The notes beneath the pieces are model-generated. The model ran no database searches. It was not told the origin of the DNA and worked only from the letters and a program-made list of their open reading frames with translations. From NCBI RefSeq assembly GCF_009914755.1, contig NC_060947.1: 64,000 bases of DNA. One strand, given 5' to 3'. The stretch is from the human T2T-CHM13v2.0 reference genome, Homo sapiens. A program made the position numbers and the translations under genes. The stretch's first letter is position 1. Every line of letters starts with the position of its first letter. Of this stretch, positions 40,761 through 53,340 are shown piece by piece.

Positions 40761-43700
40761 AGTCTAGACTCAAACAAAGCTACTGTCTCAAGTTCGGTGA
40801 AACTAGAGCATCTTATTCAGGATGTCAAAGACCAGAACGTGGAGTTTAGAATTAATATGGAAAGCACTGGGAGCCACTGACATTTCTTGAACAGGGAAGT
40901 TCATAGAAAGTGATACTTTAGGAAAATGGATTTCTAAAGAGTGGAAGCAGCACCTTTAGACTAAGCATTTTTGTCTTTGCTGCACTGATTTGTGTGATCC
41001 AACCAAGATCACAGGGAGTAAGTTGAGCTCTCTTGTGGCCCATGGCCTTTTTTGAGATTATGGCAGCCAACCTTGGGTAGGCGCTGACATGGGAGAAAGA
41101 CATAAGGCTTTGACTTTTGGAAAAAGTACCAGGTGAACTTGTAGTTGCCTGGAGGCTGATTGCCAACTCATTTGGCCTTTAAGAGCTTCCAGAGGTTCTG
41201 ACCTTATTTCTTGATTTTGTTCAAGTCTATTCAGATCTCACTCTACTGCTATATAGTAGATGTGCAAGTCCTTTCACTTCTCTGAACTTCTGAAAGCCAG
41301 TTTTTCCTCTTCAGCTCTCTACTCTCAACCTCCCTCATTCTCACAAAATTCAAGTCTAAAATACCTCAAAGGAAGTGCAGATGGGTAGATTGTACGTTTT
41401 TTTTTTTCAACTCATTCTAGCTCACTGTAACTAGTCAAACAACATAGAGATACATAAAGAAAAGGTTCATCATTTCTCTCAAGTCCTCTGTCATCCCATT
41501 CAGCAGGTAACTGATGTTATCTATCAGTTTGGCATAATTCCTTCCACATTTTTCTCCATGCTCCCGAAAAGATGTTTAGACAAATATACATATACATAGA
41601 ATTGGTTTTTGTAGACAAAAGGGGTCATATTATGCACATGTTTTTACAACATCACCTCATTACATTCTCAGATGGAAAAAAGCAACTTATTTTGCTCATT
41701 TAACATTAACAAGATTATGGATTTTGATCTAGGTCAATAACCATTGGGAAAAGACTAACAGACTTGACTACAAAAGAATAAAAATCTTCTGGATGAAGAA
41801 AAAAGTTAAGTTTAATAAGGACACTAACTCTTTATCTTTCATATGAGTTGAAAATATTTTTCCCAGTTTATTCTTTGCCTTTTGACTTATTTTGCTGTCT
41901 TTTGTCAGAGAAAATATTTGCTTCATCTTGAAATGAAGGAGATCTTCTTAAACAAGACAGAAAAAGAAGGTGGCACGAGAGAGAAGATAGGCATAAATTG
42001 AATACATTGACAAAAAGAAAGCTAAGACTTTTAAAGGGGCCCTCTCCAGACACAGGAAGGGTTTAGGTGTGGAAGCATGTTGAAGAAGGCCAGAATCCAG
42101 GGGAAGAAACAAAAGTATCAGATAAGCATTCAGGTAGCTCCAGTGAGGGCAGTTTGATCTGAAACTGAGGGTTTGTACCTATAACTAGCAAGAAATAAAA
42201 GAGAGCTTGTCTGGGGGGCAGTGGTGATAACGACTCATTGTTTAAATGAGAGTAAAGGGGTAAACAATGACCCTCCCCAGAGAAACTCAAGTCTTCATCT
42301 AGTCGACTGAAGCACTGACAGTGGTGGGAGAAGGGTAAAAGACAGAATCCAGACAATCAGATGGTCCCGAGGACACAAACTGTCTAAAAAGATTGCATCT
42401 AGGGTGGAGGGTCTCTGAGAGTTTCTTCTAACTGTAATCAGAAGCTTTACAACCCCAAGTGCTTTGTGGAATCCATAAAAGACCTCTGCCATCACCCTTC
42501 ATCTCAAGTCTTGGTGAGTTGCCCTCAATCCAGGTAATTTTTGTGATTATTTTGGCAGTGGCATGAGCAGAAGCTTTTGGACCCTTACAGTGAGATTGTG
42601 CAGTGAGTTCCTGGTACTTGCTAGCTAAGTGACCTTAGGCAAGTAACTTTCTGTCTCTGAGTTTCACTTTCCTTATTTGAAGAAAAAAAGGTTAATACTG
42701 ACATCAAAGGGTTTTCAGGAAGAATAAATCAGATAACAGATGCATATCAAAAGGCTTCAGGGAATGTAAGGGCCAATAAAAATATAAATTCTTACTATGA
42801 TGCCAGCTTAGGCAGATAAATAACCTGAAGTAAGACAGGCATGCCAAGAGTAGCTTTCCCTTACTGTTGGCATCTGCAAAGCATTTTGGGCAAGAGGGGA
42901 GAGATTATGTGTATGTGACTAGATGGGCTCAGAGAAGATCCTGAAGCTCCCAGAACCCACCTGCTACTACAACTATGGCCCTCCATTCATGCAACTCATG
43001 GAGTGAATGGCACAGAGTTTGATGAGACATAATGAGGTGATGTCTAGTATTTACTCAGTACAATCAGTCAGTTTTTAATTCCACTCAGAAAGCCAAGCAG
43101 AAAGTGTGTCATCTTATCATCACCAAAGCTGAGGAAGAGCCCAAACTCTGGAATTCCAGGAAGTACCAATAGATACCATTGAAAGAGTCTGAACTCTGAG
43201 GGGCAGATGGACAGGCAAGTTTACGTAAAGCAAGGCCACATAAATATGCAATTTCAGAACTGGCTGAGAGTGGGGACTGAGTGGCCTAGGTATGGGGTTT
43301 AATAAAGGGATTATTAATCCTATCTTTGTATCAACTCTGGAACCAGACATCCTGGGTAGGTACCCTGGCTCTTCTGCTTACTATCTGTAAAATGTCAAGC
43401 AAATCAATTAATCTTTGTGAGCATCAGTAATAGTATTTATGTCACAGGGTTCTTTTGATGATTAAATGAATTAATATTTGTAAAGTATTTACAATATTGG
43501 CTGGTGCATAGTAAATATTACATAAGTGCTATTTAAAAAATAATTAAAAGCAATTTTCTTAGTAGGGCATGTAAGGTTTTCTTCTTAATCAGTCCCTGTC
43601 TCTCCAGCTTCATTTCTCACTGCCTTCTTTTAAAATTGCATTCCTCAAGAATGGAATAAGTAGAACACTGCCCAATCATACTAGGTGATTGTATGTCTGT

Positions 43701-46700
43701 GTGCCTTAGCTTTGGCCTGGAATGTTCTCCCTATCATGTTTAGTCACAAAAATATTCCCCTTCTAAAGCTATCTCAGGCTTCATCTCCTCCAGAAGGTCT
43801 TTCCTTACTACTTCCACCATGCTTCCCCACCCCCTTGAACTAGGCATTATAATCTTTGGACCTTGCACACATTTCTGTAGAGATGGCTTAAACTTTGTAC
43901 TTCAATTATTTGTTTATGGGACTATTTGTTGCAGTTAGACCATGAGATCTTGAATGCAGAGGCCATAATCTTATTCACTGATTTCTTCCCCACCCCAAGC
44001 TCATAGCTTGGCACACAGTGGGAGCTATAAGAATGTTGGCTGACAAGATTTGAATGCAAAATATTTTTAATAACTACTAAACTTGTGCCATCTTTGCAAC
44101 AACTCAATATAATAAATACTACAATTATCCTCATTTTATGGATGAGGAACCTGAGATTGAAAGAGGTTAAGGGTGTATTAAGGTCCCACCCAGCTAATGA
44201 GTAAAGATTGCTGGGACTTAATTCCAGGCCTTCTTGTTCTAAACACAGTGCTTTTTCCATGGCAAATGTTTTGTTGTCTGCTCTTTTTTATTAATAATAA
44301 TGGTTAACATTTATTGAGCACTTTCTTTTCTCCAGGCACTGAGTTAATGCCTAACACAGATTATCTCATTTGATCCTCTCAACAATCCTGCAAGGCTTAC
44401 CCCATTACGGTACCTATTTATGGAAGAGGAAATTGAAGCATAGAAAGGTGGAACAATTTGCTCAAAACTCACACAGAATTTCAACCCAGTGTAACTTTAC
44501 AACAGGAGCTTTTAGCTATAGTCCTCTATAGATTCTCAGCTGGGACTTACAGAAAAGTTACTTCCTCAAGAATGCTACTACTAGCAAATGGGTTTTTGAA
44601 CCTAGGTGTTGGTGCCACTGAGGATTTTCTTTTTCCATCACAACAGGTAGCTGTATCAGTGGTCAAAAAAGGAAGAATTCTGTTTGTGGTGGGTACTTCT
44701 GGGGAGTGGAGAGTTTAGCCGCTCAGCTTTTGTATTGGGAATGTGGCTTGTGGATTTTTGAGAGTGTAAAGGGGAAATATCGGCTGAAGTTTATGTCCTG
44801 TCTTCTTTTCTCAGGGATTTGCAGTGAGCACATGTTACCTACCCAGATGAGAAAAAAACAGGCAGACACAAAGGACAATGGGGTTGGAGGGAAATCAGTT
44901 ACTGAAATGAGGCCCCAGACAGGCAAGCTTTCAGCAAGACAGTGTTTTCATCTTCTGCTTATCCGGCTATAATCTCCCTAGACAAGTATTTATTTAACAG
45001 GAGAGGACGAGGGAGTTCATCATTTTGATTTTATTTATTTGCTACAGTCATTGGAAGTTGCCCATTTTTGAGTCTGCACTGATAAATAAGATATATTATC
45101 TGATCTCCTGGATTTATGAGCAAAGATGTGCAATTGCAATTGCCTCCGGGTGTCTAAGAACTATGAATAAACATAGGAAGGGAGCAAGGCAAAGAGCAGG
45201 ATTTAGGAGCTTCCTGGTTGGGAGAGCACTCGCTGAGTAAGCAAAGGGACCCACTTTGATAGAAGTGTGTGCTGGAGTTCACACACCAAAGCCAGCCAAG
45301 CATGGCGGCTCAAGGGGCATCACTCAATCATTAAAAACACTGTCATGAACCTAGGTGTCCAAGGCTCCACCTGACAAGTTGATCTATCTTACTGTGAGAC
45401 AGCAGAATAGGTTGAAATAATCAGGCTACAGAAGCATTGCAATCCTGGGCTTTTTAGCAAGCTAGGGAGATAGATGCATGCTTCTTGGCCTGATAGCATG
45501 GGTCATACAGGAAGGCTTTCCAGGGAGCCTAATTTACAGATTGGAAAACTGAGGCTATGGTAGAATTCAGACTAGAAACCTTTAACTCCATTCCTACCAC
45601 TTTTCCTTAGCTAGTTTTACTTACGAATAATCTCTGTAGTTGACTGCAGAGGGAATTTAGGTATTTGGGGAGGTTCCTAGCACTGCTGTGACTAGACAGT
45701 GCACAGAGAAGAATGGGAAGTGGCTGTTAGCACCAGTGTTTCCAAATAGACCAGAGGTACAGGAAGTATAATGCATTTGCAATAAGAAGCCCCAGGTTTC
45801 AGTCCCATCTTGCCATTACCTAGGTGACCTTGGGCATACCCCATTTCTTTTCTGAATCTTAGTTATGCTATCTGTAAAATGAGGCTAATAAAACCTGTCA
45901 ATGGGCAGGGGGATTGCCTGAGGTATGAAAAAGCTCTAGAGAGATGGTAGGGTCTGTGGATCACAGACCCCTCCTTGCAGATTTCCTCCGTTTATCAGCC
46001 ACCAAAGGCTTTAGCTTTTGCATTTAAATGGCTTTCATTTTTGTCCAAAATCTTTTATTGAACATTTAATATATGTAGAATGTCACATTAGGTGCTTTGA
46101 GAGATAGAGAGATGGGCCTTAACCAGGCCAAAAAGCATTTGACTAAATAACAAGCCAACAATAAGGAAAGACAAATAAGTAATGATTAGACCTGTAATCA
46201 CTGAGCTGAAGGCCAATGGTGAGGGGGTCTCTGCCTCCAAAGCAACCTTTGAATGAGCTCCACTTTAATCACTGTTTAAATCCCCTCAGTTAGTGCTACC
46301 TCCCTTCAGCAGCCCCTTTTACACCCTATCCATAATGTACATGATCAGAAGATACTTGCTTGACATTCCAGTATATCCCCATTTTGGCTCCAATAACATT
46401 TTCTCTTATTAGTCCCCAGAATCAATGGCCCATGCTCCTTAGGCCTTGGTTCCTTACATAGCCTCCCTCCCCCATAATCTCTCCCACTTCCAACATCATC
46501 CTTACTCCTTTCTCTGCATCTATACTTATCTCTATTTATTTGCCTGTAGTAATTCTGCTTTATCATCCTTTGGGTCCCAGCTACAATTCCACCTCTTTTT
46601 CCTCCAGGTCTATCTCCCTCTGAGCTCCTAAAATTAGAACCACATAGTTTTGCTCTGAACTATTAAAGGCTGAAGTGATTCCAGTCTGTTTGTCCTGCCT

Positions 46701-47924
46701 TCTTAATCTGAACATCAGCTCCTTGGAGGCAGGAATTAAATCACTATTCCTTCATGTATCATAATTATTTTTTTTCTTTTTGTCTCAAAAGTCAGGACTT
46801 GTTGTTTGACACTAGTTTGGGTGCAATGCAAACATATGTCCTTTGGTTGCCAACATATTGACATTTCTGGAATGTTGAAACAATTTCAGCAGTTTATGGT
46901 AGGAGTTTTTCAACCTGTTTTTTAAAATAGAACCTTTTACTGCAGGTGAAATTCAACAGGGACTCATAGCATAGAAAACAGATAAAAGTAGAGCTATTTT
47001 GGGTAATATGGAAGGCCATCCTTTCTTGGTAATTCCTAGGCTATCTCTGTAGAATACTCTTGGATTCTATGAGGCACAGTTTTATAACAATGCTCTCAAA
47101 AGACCAATAGGCCAGAATATGTTTAAATTAAGATACATACTTGGTGACTTGACTTGACTGGCAAATGTCATAACTCAGAGACCCGGGGGACCTGATGGGG
47201 GCTGTAGGTCCATGGCTTAGGCAACTTGTTTAAAGTTTTCCTCACAATAGCAGGTAAGAGTTATAATAACCACCCACAGAAAAAAGTAAAAAAAAAAAAA
47301 ATGCTCACAAGGCCCTAGATGCCTGATGAGCGGCCTCTTCTGCCTAGGGAAGGGCAGAACCCCAGGACTGGCCTTCAGTAACTTTCCAGTACTCTAGTTA
47401 ATCCTCTCCACTGCCAAGGATAACGAATCCCCTTGTCTGAGAATCGGCTTCTCTCAGGGTCCATTTCTCACTCTTCAAAACTATTTTCAATAATCATCTT
47501 ACTGTGTTTTTCTTTGTGTCTGGCATCTAAAGAGTCAGAAGTTTTCTCTGTGGAAATCCAGCATTTTTAAAGAAAATATGAGAACATATTTTAGTATCCA
47601 TGTAAGACAACACTTTGGCCCTTTCAGGGAACTTACACAAGGGCAACATCTATTTGGATGGTAAGATAGCCTGCATGATTTTTATTTTCTGAAAGCTTCT
47701 AAGCTTGTCATACATCTCAGTTCCAACAAACCAGATCTGGACCACCTTTGGGATGACCTGCAGGTTATAAACTATACTTTCTACACTTGAAGTCCACAGA
47801 AAGATGCCAAGATGCACCTGTGCTGTAAGTGTAGCCCTGTGTGTTCCAAGTTTTAACAAAAATAACTAGATAATTAGCACTCTTTTAAGTGTTTTGCCTG
47901 TATTAACTCATTTAATTTTTAAAA

Positions 47925-47975
47925 CATGTTGTGCACATGTACCCTAAAACTTAAAGTATAATAAAAAAAGAAAAA
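47925..47975 (+). mobile_element. ~50-bp extreme 5'-truncated young L1PA tail inside a MIR (MIR ~47860-48150, minus strand)
   Basis: catgttgtgcacatgtaccctaaaacttaaagtataat plus an A-tail. Short TSD aaaaca (47921-47926 / 47976-47981) at a tttt/aaaa site. Confidence 0.9.
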
Positions 47976-49403
47976 AAAACAACCTTATGAGATAGGTACT
48001 ATTATAACTCAATTTTCACATGAGATTGAGACACACAGAAGTCAAGAAGCTTGACCAAGATCAGATATCTAGACAGTCACAAAGCTAGGATCCTAACCTA
48101 GGCATTCTCTGAATCCAGAGCCCAACTCATTATCTACACATTGTACTCTCGTATCAGTTTCTTTTGGATGAAGAAACTGAAGCCTTGAGAAGCAAAGCAA
48201 TTTGTCCACATTAGTGAGGTACTTCTCCACCCAACAAGAAATTATTTTAATCCCCTCTTTGGTTCTCTCTTGCCTTCCAGGGTGTGAGCCAACAGGAGTT
48301 GCTAGACGGTGGAAAGCACGATTGTCTGAGAGGCCAGTGGTTTTGATTCAAGTTCTTTCTTTCTTTCTTATTAAGTGTCTCTGTAATCCTGTGGAGGAAG
48401 ATTCTTCCTTTCTCTGGATCTGCTTCCCCAATGGCCATATGGTGATTTAGGACTACATTTTATACCTTTTTCAGTCCAAGTCAGAGTACAAATTATTTGT
48501 AGACTTTTGATTTACTTTAAAAAGCTCATCTGTATTTTCTGTATTCCACTCCATAACAAATATATCTTCATTTAATATAATTATTACAAATCTTCTAGTA
48601 AAGTCAACTCTCTCAAGGAGAGTGCCCTTATAGTTCATGTACCTACAATGCACTGGGGAGGACCCCTGAGGAGTACTCATTTCAATTTCAGGGCCACTGA
48701 AGTAAAAGATGTCTCCAAAGTCCCTCTCTGCTTTGACATTTTACAATCTAAGTCATTACCTTCAATGCAGAAGAGCCAGTGTCCTGTCCTAGTTACTGCT
48801 TAACCCCACGGTATTGTGTAAGGGAAAAGAGAGCAAGGATAGAAGGGCAAGCCAACTGAATATATCCTTCGAACTCTCCAAGGCTCTGTACTCATTGGTA
48901 TAAAACAATTCAAGGAATAGCTTAGCGAAAAGTCAGTTCCCACTCTATTACAAACAAGTTGTGTGACCTTTGAATCATCTGCTACTTCTAAGATCATCTT
49001 AGAAGTAACACCTCCTTGAATGGATGAGGAAATTGAGGCACAAAGATAGGATGGCCTTTGCCTGAGGTCACAGGAGGTGGCAAGGTTTGAACTAGAATCA
49101 CGGCACTCTGTTAAATCTAGAGAATTTGGCATACCAATTATACCAGTCATATTGAGCTCCTAGGCCTCAGTTTCCCAATTCCCAAAATGTGAAGAGAAGT
49201 CATCAGTCTATCTCTGAGTTGTTATGCTGATGTTACGCTGATGTGACGAGGCAATTAATGCAAGGAGTTTTTTGATTGAATACTTCTTGTGAAAGCCTCA
49301 GAAAGGAGAGATGGAGATCTCTTAAGACAGACTTTCTCTTGCTACTGGTTGGTTTGGCCTATTGGGTTTTTTTATAATTAAGTTAAAACTGTGTTTATTT
49401 TAT

Positions 49404-49645
49404 TTAACAAATACTTATATAGTGTTTATTTTATGACAAGCATTGTTCCAAGTGTTTTACAAATATTAACTCAGTTAATCCTTCTGATAACCTTATGAGG
49501 AGAGTTATAGCATCATCTCCATTTTACAGATGAAAGAATGGAGATGCAGACAGGTAACATAACTTAGTCAGAATCACACAGCTATTAAATGGCAGAGAAT
49601 AAACTTGAACTCAGGTCATCTGCCTCAAAAGTTTATGCTGCTAAT
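49404..49645 (-). mobile_element. MIR SINE (near full length)
   Basis: Contains ttaactcagttaatcctt, catctccattttacagatgaa and cacacagctattaaatggcagag. Confidence 0.82.
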
Positions 49646-50783
49646 GGCTAGATATGATTTAGTCAGTTGAAATTGTTTGTGTGCAGGGTGGTGTCACAAA
49701 AAACAGCTTTGGTTTTCTTCTCTCAACCCTACACCCAGCCCAACCTAACTTATCATGTTTAGGGAAGAGTGCTCTCTCAGCCTGGAGAGAACTCAACTAG
49801 AGCAAATGATCTTTTACTTTTAGAGCCCCTAGATGCCTCAACAAAAATAGAGATCCAGGAAAGTTCACTTTGCTTTTGTTCGTTTATATTAATAAAATAA
49901 TTATTGTCTGTTATTTAAATATTATTGGGCTATTAAAAGTATTAAACATTTATTTTCTTTTCATTCTGTTTGTTTACTGTCTATTTGGGAACAGAGTGTG
50001 ATTAAGCAAGCATTATTGAACACATTTTTTTTCTTCGTACTATAAATGTTAATTTGAGAGGTAACTTAGGACACTGTCACCATTTACCCACATGAACCCT
50101 GGGCTCATCACTTAACCTTGGTGACCCTGAGTAACCAACCATCCAGAAAGCAGCCCCTCTTAGTCGCTCAAACACAAGGCTTGCCTTTTTACAAAAGTGC
50201 AGTGTTGTGGAGCTGAAACTGACTTCTTATGTCTACCAGCTGCCACTCATTGAGATGAAGAAACAGGTCATAGGAGAGAATTGCTCATGAGCCCCCTGCA
50301 AGTGGCCAATACAGGAGTATACCTAGCATAATGGAAGTCTTGTGAGGTCAGGCACTGGATCTTATTTGTTTGCAATTGTCTCCTCATTATTGAACATAAT
50401 GCTAAGCCCAAATATGGCAGTTAAAAATTATTGTGGATTGAATGACTGACATAATCCAGTTCTCCTGACTTCCAGGTGAGAATTCTTATTGCTCAACCAT
50501 GATTTTTTTTCAAATATAATTTTAAGCAGCTTTGCAAATTGGCATGGTCATAGAGGTCCAGGGTATGAAAGAAATCAGACTGTGAATAAGACATTTTTTT
50601 CTTTTAGCTAAAAATACCAAAGTCTTCTACCTACCACAAGCTCCAGCTCCTTCTTGCCCCAAATAGGTTATTGTACCTAACATGTTGGGTGGCAGAAAGG
50701 CTTTGGGAGTGAAGACGAGGGAGGGAGGTGTGGTAATTGAGGCATCTGAGCCAGTATTGTGTAAGCAATTTTGTGTTTCTGGT

Positions 50784-51360
50784 TTTGTTAGTTATCTATT
50801 GCTATACAACAAATTATTCACAACTTAGCACCTTAAAAACAATGCACATTTATTTTTCACAATTTCTGTGGGTCAGGAAACCAGGCATGACTTAGTTGGA
50901 TGCCTCTGGGTCAACATCTCTCATAGGCTACAGTCAAGGTGTCATCTGTGATTGCAGTCATCACAATGCTTGATTGGGGTATAATCAGTTTCTAAGCTTA
51001 CTCAAGTGGCCATTGGCATGATTTAGTTCTTTGTGGGCAGCTGGATTGAGAGCCCCAGTTCCTTGCTAGAGACCTCTATCAGTTCCTTGCCATGTGGGCT
51101 TCTCTATAGGGCAGCTCACAAAATAGCAGCTTGCTTCATCAGAGCAAGCAAGTGAAATTGCAAGAGAGAGTGAGCAGGGTAGCAGTTAACAGTCTTTCAT
51201 AACCTAATCTCAGAGTGACATCCTATCACTTTTGCCGTATTTTATTCTTTAGAAGCAAGTCACTAGGCTCAGTCTATACTCAAAGGGAGGGAATTACACA
51301 GGGGTATGAATACCAGGAGGTGGTGATCAATGTGCGCCCTCTTAGAAGCTGTCTACCACA
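50784..51360 (-). mobile_element. MLT1 (F-like) MaLR solo LTR
   Basis: Contains ttagttatctattgct, tttctgtgggtcaggaa and agaagcaagtcactagg, ending gctgtctaccaca. Confidence 0.85.
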
Positions 51361-51859
51361 TTGGATATTCCCAGCTGAAGTTCCTTAGCCTTGCACAACG
51401 TAAGCACACCATGTGCCTCGAGGCAGCAAATGGCAGTGATAAGAACATTGGAGAGTTTGGTTGTAATCCCTGCTCCACCACTTACTGCATGGTCTTTGGT
51501 GACTTAACCTCTATTACCTTCACTGCCCTCACAAACAAAATAGAGATATGATACCTATCCTACAGAGTTGTGAAAATGCAATGAGATTTTGGATTCAAAA
51601 GAGCTAATAATCTAGCAAGGAGGAAAGGTACAGTAATAATGGCAGTGGCAACTATGGCAGTGATAACTCATTTTCCACCAGGCCAGGAGGTATTACCTGT
51701 ATAGAGACTTTTACAGTTACTTTCTAGAGACATTATTCCACTTTTGTTATATAAATAATGGCTGTATCAGACTAGAGAGGGAGAAGGAAAGTAAACAGGC
51801 TGGTGCCTGAAATTCCATTATTAGTGCATTTTTTGTTTGTTTGTTTAAGGCAGCACTGC

Positions 51860-52190
51860 AAGTGGAAGCCCAGGAAGTATATCTGGTCTGCAGGGATATT
51901 TTCTTTAGCTTACTGAGTGTTTTAAAGGAATATTAAAATTGAGAGATTCGGATAGAAACTGTGATTTTCAGCCTCTCTGGAAAAATTGGGCAATCTGGCA
52001 ACCTTGAGCTCTCATTCTGCATAGTAGCAATGGCTGGAGCTGGGTAGGCATTAGATAAGTCATATGCTCACCATAGTTCCTGCCACTCATAACACATAAG
52101 TATATGTATGTTCTCTTATCCAGCCTGCTGTCATCACTAACCTTACTCACCTGGTCCCTATAGCCATTTGAGTTTGTATCCGCTTGTCTA
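51860..52190. mobile_element. MER102-like hAT relic
   Basis: Contains aaaattgagagatt, caatctggcaacc, tggctggagctg and atagccatttgagtttg. Confidence 0.55.
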
Positions 52191-52849
52191 ATACTTCACT
52201 CCCCACTATCTCCCCAGGAAAAAGCAGCATATCTCAGAACCTTTCCTATGGAAAGCATATGATGCAGAGTGGGGAGGGGGAACAAGATAGATGACATGTA
52301 GGGGACAGGCAAAAAGATACAAAGAAGAGAGAGTGAGAGATGGCCTTCGTAGTTCTGTCATCCACAGCCTATTGTGTCATTTACTAGAGGACAAGCCAGG
52401 AGGGTTTAAATGGCATGCCTTGTGAATTTGGTGTGATTTTGATAATGTTGGATTTCTAAAAGTAGTGACTTTTTTTTCCTTTCTTTATGTTAACTGCCTA
52501 TTCAGTAACAAGGTGTTTTTAAAACCTGTACAAAATCAGGCTGTGGATTTGTAAGGCCTCCTTCCTTCCATAGAAAATTGTCTCTTCTCTGCTGAATCTT
52601 TCACTACTTAAGACTGAGATTAACACCTTGCTCTGTTCTGGGCCCTTGTTTTTCTTAGTCATAAATTTAGAGACTTGTGCAAAGTCAGATATTCTTAAGC
52701 TGAGAGTTCATGGCTGGGGTATTCAGAGGCAAGAGAATCCCATTGCATCTTATGCACAGTTACATTCATTATTTTGCAGACAAGGTCCATATCTTTAATC
52801 AGTCTCAAAGGGGCCCAGACTCCTTACAGTGTAGTAAATGATATATTCA

Positions 52850-53340
52850 TGGATTCATTCCACATTTAGTAAACATTCTCTATTCACTCATTCACTCAAA
52901 AAGTATTCGTTGAGAACCAACTGTGTACAGGATACTGTCTTAGCCACTGGGGATATGTTTGTTGGAGAAATTAGAAAATAATCCCTGGTGCTTACATTTT
53001 AGTGAGGAAGGCAGAAACAAGGAGAATAAGTAAAATACATATTTTGTTAGAGAGTGGTAAGTGCTAAGCAGGAGAAAAATAAAACAGAGCAGACTGGTAG
53101 ACGTAATTTTAGGTAGGATGGCCAAGGAAGACCAGAAGTCAGTGAGATGAAGCCATGTGAATATATGAGGGAAGAAGGAATGGCAAGTGCAAAGGTCATA
53201 CTGTATCTGGATTATCACAGGAATAACAAAGAAGCCAGAGTGGCTGGAGTGACTGAGCAAGGCACAGAGCAGTAGGAGATGTGGCCGGGGAGGCGGTGGG
53301 GGAAATCATGAAAGGTCTTATGGACCATTGCAATGAGTTC
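52850..53340 (-). mobile_element. L2 LINE 3' portion (antisense)
   Basis: Contains tcattcactcaaaaagtattcgttgag, gaagccagagtggctggagtg and ggtcttatggaccattg. Confidence 0.8.
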
